Below, piece after piece: positions 48,492 through 56,651 of a stretch of 64,000 nucleotides of DNA. The stretch spans positions 26,223 to 90,222 of the forward strand of contig JAQWFB010000005.1 in assembly GCA_028704635.1 (NCBI GenBank). Reading direction: 5' to 3'. The translations under genes were made by a program, and so were the position numbers. The notes below the pieces were generated by a model, which was not told where the DNA came from, made no database searches, and was given only the letters and a program-made list of their open reading frames with translations. Positions within the stretch are counted from its first letter, which is position 1. Every line of letters starts with the position of its first letter. Source of the stretch: Candidatus Shapirobacteria bacterium. GTDB taxonomy: Bacteria; Patescibacteriota; Microgenomatia; UBA12405.

Positions 48492-49100
48492 ATGACCCAA
48501 TTCAATTTAAAAAATACTAACAGTATTGACCAAAATTACAAAAACGGTCTTCTTCCTCAAAGAAACAATAAAAATTTATTTTATTATCAAACCAGTAGCC
48601 GTTCAAACTTAAAAAATTTTAATTTAAGCTCCGAAAATCGCCGAATTTTAAGAAAAACAGAAGACTTCATTTTTGAAAAAATACCTTTAAAAAATTTCAA
48701 CTACGATTCCAAAGTTCAAAAAGAAATTGTCACCTGGGTAAAAACACTTGGTTGGGATTTTCCGGTCAGTTCAATTAAAAATGTTTTTAAAAATCATATT
48801 TTTAACTATCTATATATATGGAAAGATGAGCAAAAAAATATTATTGCTTATTCTCTTTGTTATTTTTCAAAAGACATTAGTCATATCGCCTATGTTTTTT
48901 ATAATCCAGAATTGGCTCATGGGAATCTACCTATTCGTTTAGTCTTACAAGTCATCATCGACAGCCAAGAATTAGGTTTAAAATATTGTTACCTTGGTCG
49001 CTTTTCACAAGACACCGGTTTTTACAAACGCAACATGCCAGGTTTCGAATATTTCAATAACCAAAATTGGATTCCATATACTAATTTACCTAAATTTTAA
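48492..49100 (+). CDS. Bpt/ATE-like tRNA-dependent aminoacyltransferase (GNAT fold)
   Basis: R.NL..F..SSENRRILRK and AYVFYNP.....L..LVLQ.I......GLKYCYLG......YK.....E......W match the ATE/Bpt pattern; ATG at 48492 after murE stop. Confidence 0.65.
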   Translation: MTQFNLKNTNSIDQNYKNGLLPQRNNKNLFYYQTSSRSNLKNFNLSSENRRILRKTEDFIFEKIPLKNFNYDSKVQKEIVTWVKTLGWDFPVSSIKNVFKNHIFNYLYIWKDEQKNIIAYSLCYFSKDISHIAYVFYNPELAHGNLPIRLVLQVIIDSQELGLKYCYLGRFSQDTGFYKRNMPGFEYFNNQNWIPYTNLPKF

Positions 49101-49102
49101 TT

Positions 49103-50476
49103 ATGCATATTCATATTTTAGGAATTGCCGGAACTATGACCGCTTCATTAGCCGCCGCCCTTAAAAAAGAAGGACACTTGGTTACCGGTTCAGATCAAGA
49201 AAAAATATACCCACCCGTCAGCACTATTCTTAAAAAAGCCGACATTAAAATCAATTCCTCAAAAATTGATTCCACTATAGATTTGGCCATAATTGGTTCG
49301 TCATTTTCTAATTTTCAAAAAACTAAAGAAGAATTTGATCAAATCAAAAAATTAAATATTAAATATATTTCTGCTAGTGAATTCATTGGTCAAAATTTAG
49401 GCAAAGAAGACTCTATCTTAATTGCCGGAACCTACGGTAAAACTACCATTTCTTCTCTTGTATCCTGGATTTTTGATCAGGCCAATTTGAACCCCAATTA
49501 TATGTTTGGTGGAAAAGCTTTAAACCATTTTCCCTCAATCAATATTTCATCATCAAATTGGTCAATTATTGAAGCTGACGAATCAATCCATGGTCTCGAT
49601 ACCCAAGCTAAATTTTTATATTATCCAGTCAAATTTTTATTACTAACTAGTGCTGATTGGGAACATAAAGATTCCTACCCAACTGAAATTGAAAATTTTA
49701 ACGCCTTCAAAAAATTAATTTTAAATGTTCCAACTGACGGAATTTTATTTATAAATTCCCAAGGATATCAAACAAAAAAATTAAGTCTTTACTCAAAATC
49801 AAAAATAATTACCTATAATTCACCAACATCCGACTATTTTATTAAAAATATAACAATCAGAAAAAATTATTCCATTTTAGATATAAAAACTCCCCGAAAT
49901 ATTATTCAAGCCAAAACCAAATTAATTGGCCAGTTTAATTTTGAAAATATTTTAGCCGCTATTACCATTACTGACAGTCTAAACATTCCCCAAACTAAAA
50001 TTAAACAATCCATTTTTAAATTTAAAGGAATTACTCGTCGAATTGAAAAAATTTATAACCATAAAAATATTATTATATTTGATGATTTTGCCCAATCTTC
50101 CAATAGAATTAAATCAACTATTGCGGCTATAAAATTTCATTATCCAAAAAATAATATTAAAGTTTTATATCAACCTCATGCTTCCTTTATTCAACATAAG
50201 GAAAGTCTAAAAGAATTTAAAAACGTTTTTGATTCAGTTTCCGAAGTCGTTTTATCTAAATTAAGTTTTAATAATAAAGCCGAAAAAAATAATCGTGTTA
50301 CCGCTAAAGATTTCAAAGAGGTGATTGGTGATAAATTAATATATCTTCCTGTCGATGAAGATATATGTTCTTTTTATAAAAAAAATCTCAAAAGTGGCGA
50401 CATTCTAATTAATATGAGTTCTGGCGGTTTTAGTGGAAATAAAATTGTAAAATCTATTATTAATTCTTTAAAATAA
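49103..50476 (+). CDS. Mpl/MurC-like Mur ligase (divergent)
   Basis: MHIHILGIAGT...GH.VTGSD...YPP (Mpl-like N-terminus), GTYGKTT, EADES, EHKD.Y, RR.E, DDFA. Confidence 0.8.
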   Translation: MHIHILGIAGTMTASLAAALKKEGHLVTGSDQEKIYPPVSTILKKADIKINSSKIDSTIDLAIIGSSFSNFQKTKEEFDQIKKLNIKYISASEFIGQNLGKEDSILIAGTYGKTTISSLVSWIFDQANLNPNYMFGGKALNHFPSINISSSNWSIIEADESIHGLDTQAKFLYYPVKFLLLTSADWEHKDSYPTEIENFNAFKKLILNVPTDGILFINSQGYQTKKLSLYSKSKIITYNSPTSDYFIKNITIRKNYSILDIKTPRNIIQAKTKLIGQFNFENILAAITITDSLNIPQTKIKQSIFKFKGITRRIEKIYNHKNIIIFDDFAQSSNRIKSTIAAIKFHYPKNNIKVLYQPHASFIQHKESLKEFKNVFDSVSEVVLSKLSFNNKAEKNNRVTAKDFKEVIGDKLIYLPVDEDICSFYKKNLKSGDILINMSSGGFSGNKIVKSIINSLK

Positions 50477-50479
50477 TTT

Positions 50480-51808
50480 ATGTCCAGATATATCATTAAC
50501 GGCGGTAAACCACTCAAAGGTGAAGTTTCTATTAGAGGTGCTAAAAACGCCAGTTTCAAACAAATAATTGCCTCCATGTTAACTGATAAAACAGTTCAAT
50601 TAAATAATGTCCCTCAAATTTCCGATGTTAAAATTACCACTAGTATCGCCAAAAGTCTTGGATGCCAAATAACTCAAACAGGGGAGCATAGTCTTGAACT
50701 AACCACTTCTAAAATAATTAATTCCACCGTTCCCAGCGGTACTGGCGAAAAATCTAGAACCTCATTTATGTTTGTCGCTCCATTACTTACTAGAACTGGA
50801 ACTGCCATTGTCCCAACCCCAGGCGGTGACAAATTAGGAGATCGACCATTAGATCGTCTTTTTGATTGTTTCTCTCAAATGAATATTAAAGTTTCCGAAA
50901 CCGAAAATAATATTACTTTTAATACCGACAAAATTGTTGGTACCCATTATACTTTTACAAAACCTTCTCACACGGTCACTGAAGTAATTATTATGACTGC
51001 TGTTCTCGCCAATGGCGAAACAATCATCGATAATGCCGCTCTTGAGCCAGAAATTGATGATTTAATTTTAATGTTAAATCAAATGGGAGCCAAAATTCAA
51101 AGAGATTCCAAAAATAACAAAAGAATAATCATTCAAGGCGTATCCAAATTAAATGGAACTGAACATGATGTAATTTGCGATCGAAACGAAATTGTCACTT
51201 TTGCTTGTGCTGCCTTAGCCACCAAGGGTTCAGTTTCTATTTTTAGAGTCAAACCCAACGTTGTTCAAACATTTTTGGAAATTATTGAAAAAATGGGGGC
51301 TAAAATTAAAACCGGCAACGATGAAATTTATGTCGAATGGGTTAAACCCCTTACCAATATTGATATCGAAACCGAACCAGAACCTGGATTTATGACCGAT
51401 TGGCAAGCTATTTTCTCTGTTCTTTTAACTCAGACTGTCGGCTGTAGTTCTATTATTGAAAGAGTTTATCCTAGTAGATTTCAACACATCGAAAATCTTA
51501 AAAAGATGGGGGTTAAAGTTAATTTCTTCAATCCAGAAATAAACAATTCTAGAGAATATTATCAATTTAATAAAGAAAGTGATCGCCCAGAATATTTTCA
51601 TGGTGTTAAAATTTATGGCCCAACCAAATTAAAACCGGCCAATTTTGTTATTAAAGATCTTCGGGCTGGAGCTTCAGCCACCATTGCAGCCCTAACTGCA
51701 TCAGGAAAATCAACTATCGACGGAGTTGAATATATTGAGCGTGGATACGAAAAATTAGCTGAGCGTCTTTGGTCTTTAGGTGCTAACATAGAATATATAA
51801 AAACCTAA
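50480..51808 (+). CDS. murA: UDP-N-acetylglucosamine 1-carboxyvinyltransferase
   Basis: GAKNA, PGGD.LG.RP.D, NAA.EPEI.DL, PGF.TD.Q, DLRAGA, IERGYE. Confidence 0.93.
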   Translation: MSRYIINGGKPLKGEVSIRGAKNASFKQIIASMLTDKTVQLNNVPQISDVKITTSIAKSLGCQITQTGEHSLELTTSKIINSTVPSGTGEKSRTSFMFVAPLLTRTGTAIVPTPGGDKLGDRPLDRLFDCFSQMNIKVSETENNITFNTDKIVGTHYTFTKPSHTVTEVIIMTAVLANGETIIDNAALEPEIDDLILMLNQMGAKIQRDSKNNKRIIIQGVSKLNGTEHDVICDRNEIVTFACAALATKGSVSIFRVKPNVVQTFLEIIEKMGAKIKTGNDEIYVEWVKPLTNIDIETEPEPGFMTDWQAIFSVLLTQTVGCSSIIERVYPSRFQHIENLKKMGVKVNFFNPEINNSREYYQFNKESDRPEYFHGVKIYGPTKLKPANFVIKDLRAGASATIAALTASGKSTIDGVEYIERGYEKLAERLWSLGANIEYIKT

Positions 51809-51812
51809 TTTT

Positions 51813-52847
51813 ATGATTCATCTATATCTAGGCCTACTACTTTTTTCTTTTTTAATCACCAGTATTTTGGTCGTCCCTTTTATTAATCTTCTTTATAAAT
51901 TTAAATTTCAACGACAAACTCAAAAAACGACTGATTTTCAAAACAAAAGAACCACTATCTTTGATAAGTTTCATAATTTAAAATCAGGTACTCCTGTTGG
52001 AGGCGGTTTACTAATTATTACCACTGTTTCCATTCTTTTTATTTTACTTTTCCCAGTTCTTAAATTTTCTCGAATCTTTATTTCCTCTAATTACACCATC
52101 ACCCATGAAATTGCTATTCTATTTTTCACCTTCATTAGTTTTGGTTTACTCGGCCTTTATGACGATGTACATAAATTCTTTGGATTCAAAAAGACTGGGT
52201 TTTTTGGCTTAAGAATGATTCATAAATTAATTTTACAAATAATAATTTCATTAATTATTTCCTTCATGATTTATTTTCAATTAAAAATTGATTTTATTTA
52301 TCTACCGTTTTTTGGCGCTATTAACCTAGGATTTTTCTTTATCCCAATTTCTGTCCTTTTTATTACTGGTTTTGCTAATTTTTTTAATATTACTGATGGC
52401 TTAGATGGTTTATCTTGTGGTCTTTTAATGTTTGCCCTCTTTGCCTTTTGGATTTTAGCCAGCACTTCAATGGATACGGTTCTTTCTTCATTTTTAGCTC
52501 TCTGGATCGGTTCTCTAATAGCGTTTCTTTATTTCAATGTCTATCCAGCTAGAATCTGGCTCGGTGATGTTGGCTCACTTTCTTTCGGCGCCACTTTTGC
52601 TGTTATTGCCCTACTTTTGGGAAAAGTAGTTCCTTTACTTATTGTCGGATCTCCTTTTATCGTCGAAGGTTTATCCAGTGCCATTCAATTATTTAGCAAA
52701 AAATATTTTAAAAGGAAAGTTTTTCCTGCCGCCCCAATTCATTTAACCCTTCAAAATTTAGGCTGGGAAGAACCAAAAATCGTTTTTAGGGCTTGGTTAG
52801 CCGGAATTATATTAGCAGTTTTTGGACTATGGCTAGGACTAAATTAG
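51813..52847 (+). CDS. mraY: Phospho-N-acetylmuramoyl-pentapeptide transferase
   Basis: K.GTPVGGG, GLYDD, NITDGLDGL, FNVYPARIWLGDVGS, APIH. Confidence 0.92.
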   Translation: MIHLYLGLLLFSFLITSILVVPFINLLYKFKFQRQTQKTTDFQNKRTTIFDKFHNLKSGTPVGGGLLIITTVSILFILLFPVLKFSRIFISSNYTITHEIAILFFTFISFGLLGLYDDVHKFFGFKKTGFFGLRMIHKLILQIIISLIISFMIYFQLKIDFIYLPFFGAINLGFFFIPISVLFITGFANFFNITDGLDGLSCGLLMFALFAFWILASTSMDTVLSSFLALWIGSLIAFLYFNVYPARIWLGDVGSLSFGATFAVIALLLGKVVPLLIVGSPFIVEGLSSAIQLFSKKYFKRKVFPAAPIHLTLQNLGWEEPKIVFRAWLAGIILAVFGLWLGLN

Positions 52848-53368
52848 AACTACAACAAGAAATTGAGAAATATATCGGCCTACCTTACAGTAAGAATATC
52901 CTTAAAGACGGTAAAATAATCAAAGAGCAATTTCTTGGAGGTAAAGGTAATTGTCGACAAATTGCCACTGAAACCATCAGACTCGCTCAAAAACAAAAAA
53001 TAGATTTAACTCAGTTAAACAATCAAGAATTTTATAATTTTCAAAAAAAGAACCATATTGGCATCGATTGTTCCGGCCTTGCTTGCCAATTATTAAATTT
53101 TTATTTTAATTCTGAATTAAATCCTCGCAAAACTTCTGCCAATATGCTCACTTCTGCTCCAATCTCACAAGAAATAAAACCAAGTGAGATTAAAACAGGT
53201 GATTTAGTCCGACAAAAAAACGGCCACCATATTTTATTTATCATCGAAAAACAGGGTAATGTTATTAATTATGTCGACAGCTCCATCTCTGGCAGGGGAG
53301 TAAAATACGGACAAACCAATCTTACCGACAAATCCTTTATCAACCAGGGTTTTTTCAGACTAAATTAA
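52829..53368 (+). CDS. NlpC/P60-family cysteine peptidase
   Basis: YIGLPY..GG, GIDCSG catalytic motif, GDLV......HIL; ATG at 52829 preferred. Confidence 0.75.
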   Translation: MARTKLELQQEIEKYIGLPYSKNILKDGKIIKEQFLGGKGNCRQIATETIRLAQKQKIDLTQLNNQEFYNFQKKNHIGIDCSGLACQLLNFYFNSELNPRKTSANMLTSAPISQEIKPSEIKTGDLVRQKNGHHILFIIEKQGNVINYVDSSISGRGVKYGQTNLTDKSFINQGFFRLN

Positions 53369-53369
53369 T

Positions 53370-53528
53370 TTATTTTTCCTCAATCAATTCCCTATACTTT
53401 AATGGATTTAAAGATAAAATTTCCACTTCAGTCCCACATTCAGGACATTCAATAATATCTCCCACCATCGTGGCTTCTGTTAATTCAATTTCTGTTTCAC
53501 AATCTGGACAAATAACTTTTTCGTTCAT
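53370..53528 (-). CDS. LysW-like zinc-ribbon carrier protein, 52 aa (not in ORF track)
   Basis: MNEKVICPDCETEIELTEATMVGDIIECPECGTEVEILSLNPLKYRELIEEK: two CxxC, acidic, LysW-type spacing and L(N/D)PL; no EDWGE tail. Confidence 0.8.
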   Translation of the reverse strand: MNEKVICPDCETEIELTEATMVGDIIECPECGTEVEILSLNPLKYRELIEEK

Positions 53529-53568
53529 ATTTTATTAAAATTAATAACTAGTATAATTAAACTATTAT

Positions 53569-54390
53569 ATGGCAAATACACCTTTAATTAAATTAGAAAA
53601 TGTTTATTTAAAAAGAGAAGATTTAAACGAGACCGGATCAGCCAAAGATCGAGCCATGATTTTTCAAATTGAAAATTTAAAAAAACAGGATTTTAAAACT
53701 GCTGTCATCTCCAGTACTGGTAATGCCGCCATTTCCGCCGCCCATTTTTGCCACCTCAATCAAATCAACCTAACTATTTTTGTTTCCCCTAAAATCAATC
53801 AAGCTAAATTTGATTTACTTAAAAAAGATGGTGGTCAAATTTTTATTACCGATCAACCAATCAGTGAATCCATAAAATTTTCTAAAAAAAATCATGCTTA
53901 TCTTCTTCGTCAATCCACCGACCCAAGTGCCCTAATTGGCTACCAAGAAATTGGTAAAGAACTAATGAATAAACTACCCCAAATTACCAGTATTTTCGTT
54001 CCAGTCGGCAGCGGCACCACCCTTTTGGGAATTTCTCAAGCACTGCCATCATCAGTTAAAATTTATGCTGTTCAACCAGCCAGTAATTGTCCTTTATCTA
54101 AATTTTTTGATTCAGACTACCAACCAGAAATAGAAAATATTACCGACGCCCTTTCCGCCAAATATCTTCCTTTAAAATCTCAAATAATTTCCGCCATTAA
54201 AAATAGTGGTGGCACTGGCTTAATTGTTCAAAATAATGAAATTTTAGAAGCCCAAAAAATATTAGACTTAAACGAAATTAAAACCTCTCTAGAGGGCGCT
54301 TTAGCCTTTGCAGGTTATAAAAAAGCCATCAAAAATAACCTAAACATAGGCAATTATCCAGTAGTAATTTTAACCGGATGTCAAAGATAA
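53569..54390 (+). CDS. Fold-type II PLP-dependent enzyme (threonine/cysteine synthase-like)
   Basis: TPL, KREDLNETGSAKDR (PLP Lys), SSTGNAA, PVGSGTTL. Confidence 0.85.
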   Translation: MANTPLIKLENVYLKREDLNETGSAKDRAMIFQIENLKKQDFKTAVISSTGNAAISAAHFCHLNQINLTIFVSPKINQAKFDLLKKDGGQIFITDQPISESIKFSKKNHAYLLRQSTDPSALIGYQEIGKELMNKLPQITSIFVPVGSGTTLLGISQALPSSVKIYAVQPASNCPLSKFFDSDYQPEIENITDALSAKYLPLKSQIISAIKNSGGTGLIVQNNEILEAQKILDLNEIKTSLEGALAFAGYKKAIKNNLNIGNYPVVILTGCQR

Positions 54391-55484
54391 ATTTAGAAAA
54401 TATTATTAATCAATCCCCTTATATTTTCTTTTTTCTGGTTGTCGATAAATTTTTAGACATCGAAATTCCTCAATTAAAAAATTTTGAAAAAATCTATCTT
54501 TCTGATTATTCATCGATCAAAGAAAAAAACAGTGGCAAACTACTATCAAACCCAAAAATTATTGACTATATTTTAAAAAAATCTCAAAAAACTAAACTTA
54601 TTCCCGCCATCATTCCCTTTAAGCCATCGGCCAAAATTGATTTAATTTGTCAAAAATATAATTGGATAAATATAAGTAATCCTGGACCAATCAATCGTTT
54701 TTTGGAAGACAAAATTAAATTTGCCAAACTTTGTCAAAAATACAAATTACCCACAATTCCTTTTACTATCGATACTTTCTCTCACCAAAATTTTTTGAAA
54801 TATCAAAAACTTTACAATAAAAAATTAGTTCTCCAGACCCATTTTGGTTGGGCTGGCAATAGTACATTTTCGGCCGAATCTTGGGATGAAATTAAAGATA
54901 AAATTTCTTCTAATGTTATTGTAAAATATAGCCCTTTTATTCAATCTTCCTACTCTTTACTAAATAATTGTTGTCTTACTAAATTTGGTCTAATTCAAAG
55001 TCCACCTGCTCTTCAATACACTGGAATTTTTCCCTACACTAAAAATCCCTTCACTACTGTCGGTCGCCAATGGCCATCTTTTGCTCCCCTAAAAATAATT
55101 AAAGAAATTAATAAAATAACCGAAAATTTTAGTAAAATTTTAAAAGAAATTAATTATAAAGGTTTTTTTGGTCTCGATTTTTTAATTTATAAAAATAAAG
55201 TTTTTTTACTAGAATGCAATCCTCGTCTTACTGCTTCCTTTAGTTTTTATACAAAAATGGAACAAAAACAAAATATCACTCCTCTTTTCTATTTCCATAT
55301 TGCCGAATTATCAAAAATTGATTATCAAATTAATCTAAAACAAGAACAATTAAGATTCAATAATAAAAAAATTATCGGTTCTGAACTAACCCCAAAAGAT
55401 AAAAATAATTACACTTGCCAAAAGTTAAACTTTGACTATCCCTTATCAAAAACCACCAACCCTATCTCTCTCAAAAAAAAATAA
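54378..55484 (+). CDS. ATP-grasp domain ligase
   Basis: EDK..F, GWAGNST loop, YKGFFGLDF, LLECNPRLTAS. Confidence 0.8.
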   Translation: MSKINLENIINQSPYIFFFLVVDKFLDIEIPQLKNFEKIYLSDYSSIKEKNSGKLLSNPKIIDYILKKSQKTKLIPAIIPFKPSAKIDLICQKYNWINISNPGPINRFLEDKIKFAKLCQKYKLPTIPFTIDTFSHQNFLKYQKLYNKKLVLQTHFGWAGNSTFSAESWDEIKDKISSNVIVKYSPFIQSSYSLLNNCCLTKFGLIQSPPALQYTGIFPYTKNPFTTVGRQWPSFAPLKIIKEINKITENFSKILKEINYKGFFGLDFLIYKNKVFLLECNPRLTASFSFYTKMEQKQNITPLFYFHIAELSKIDYQINLKQEQLRFNNKKIIGSELTPKDKNNYTCQKLNFDYPLSKTTNPISLKKK

Positions 55485-56651
55485 ATGAAAGAAAATAAGT
55501 CACCTCTTCTATTTCTGGTTTTCAGTTTAGTTTTTATCGGGCTGATTTTTATTTCTATTTCATCACTAGGCGAAGCCAGTTCTTCAATTGGAGATAAATT
55601 CTTTTATATTAAAAAACAAGGATTTTGGCTTGTTTTGGGAATAATTTCTTTTTATGTAACTTCAAAAATAAATATTAAAACTATTAAAAAATTCTCTTTC
55701 GCCCTTTATGCGATTTCTATTTTGGGTTTAATTTTAGTTTTAATTCCAAGTCTAGGCAATGAAGCTCTCGGCGCCAGACGTTGGTTAAATTTAGGTTTTA
55801 CTAGCATTCAACCTTCAGAAATTTTAAAATTAACTTCAATTATTTATTTTTCTTCTCTTTTTTCAAAAAAGGAAAATCTCAATATTAAAAACCTAATTTT
55901 TTACCTTGGGCTTCCCTTCATTCTAATAATTATAGAACCAAATTTAAGCACCGCTATTTTAATTTCAGCCATTGTTAGTTCCATTTATTATCTCTCCGGG
56001 GGAGACATCGTTCCTTTGTTTAGTATTTTTAGTATTATTTTAGTAATTAGTATTCCACTAATTTTTTTATCACCATATCGATCAGCTAGATTAAAAACTT
56101 TTTTAGAACCGCAACAAAATCAAGAAACTTCATCGTACCACAGCAATCAAATTATCTTAACTCTTTCTTCTGGAGGATTTTTTGGTAAGGGTTTTGCTAA
56201 CTCAGATCAAAAATATAAATTCCTCCCCAAAATTTCTACCGATTCAATTCTTGCCGTTATTGGCGAAGAGGTTGGTTTTATAGGAATTTTTGCAGTTTTA
56301 TTAGTTTATCTTTCTTTAATAAATTATCTTTTAAGATTTTCTCAAACAATAGACGATCCATTTCAAAGTTTAATAGTATCCGGAAGCGCTTGTTGGATCG
56401 CTTATCAAAGCCTGATTAATATTTCTGCCATTACTGCCCTCATTCCTCTAACTGGCGTTACCCTCCCATTTATTTCTTATGGCGGTTCCTCTCTTATTAC
56501 TCTTTTTATTGTTATTGGTCTAGTCAGAAATATCGAAAAAAATCAAAAAATATTGTTATACTCAAAGAGTGAACAAAGTAAAAAAGACGATAATAATCAC
56601 CGGAACACACTTAACTCCAGCACTAGAACTCATTCGTCAACTGAAAGCTGA
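55485..56651 (+). CDS. ftsW: SEDS protein FtsW
   Basis: GARRWL, QPSEILK, EPNLST, GG.FGKG, TDSI.AVIGEEVG, PLTGVTLPFISYGGSS. Confidence 0.9.
   Translation: MKENKSPLLFLVFSLVFIGLIFISISSLGEASSSIGDKFFYIKKQGFWLVLGIISFYVTSKINIKTIKKFSFALYAISILGLILVLIPSLGNEALGARRWLNLGFTSIQPSEILKLTSIIYFSSLFSKKENLNIKNLIFYLGLPFILIIIEPNLSTAILISAIVSSIYYLSGGDIVPLFSIFSIILVISIPLIFLSPYRSARLKTFLEPQQNQETSSYHSNQIILTLSSGGFFGKGFANSDQKYKFLPKISTDSILAVIGEEVGFIGIFAVLLVYLSLINYLLRFSQTIDDPFQSLIVSGSACWIAYQSLINISAITALIPLTGVTLPFISYGGSSLITLFIVIGLVRNIEKNQKILLYSKSEQSKKDDNNHRNTLNSSTRTHSSTES

Noticed and set aside
53370-55484. Standard LysW-dependent lysine/arginine biosynthesis
   Set aside because: The carrier lacks EDWGE, no LysZ/Y/J/K homologs are in the window, and the ATP-grasp does not look like LysX/RimK.
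56569-56651. 83-nt ftsW/murG overlap as a frameshift
   Set aside because: FtsW is complete before the overlap, and murG has its own extended -10 six nt before the GTG.
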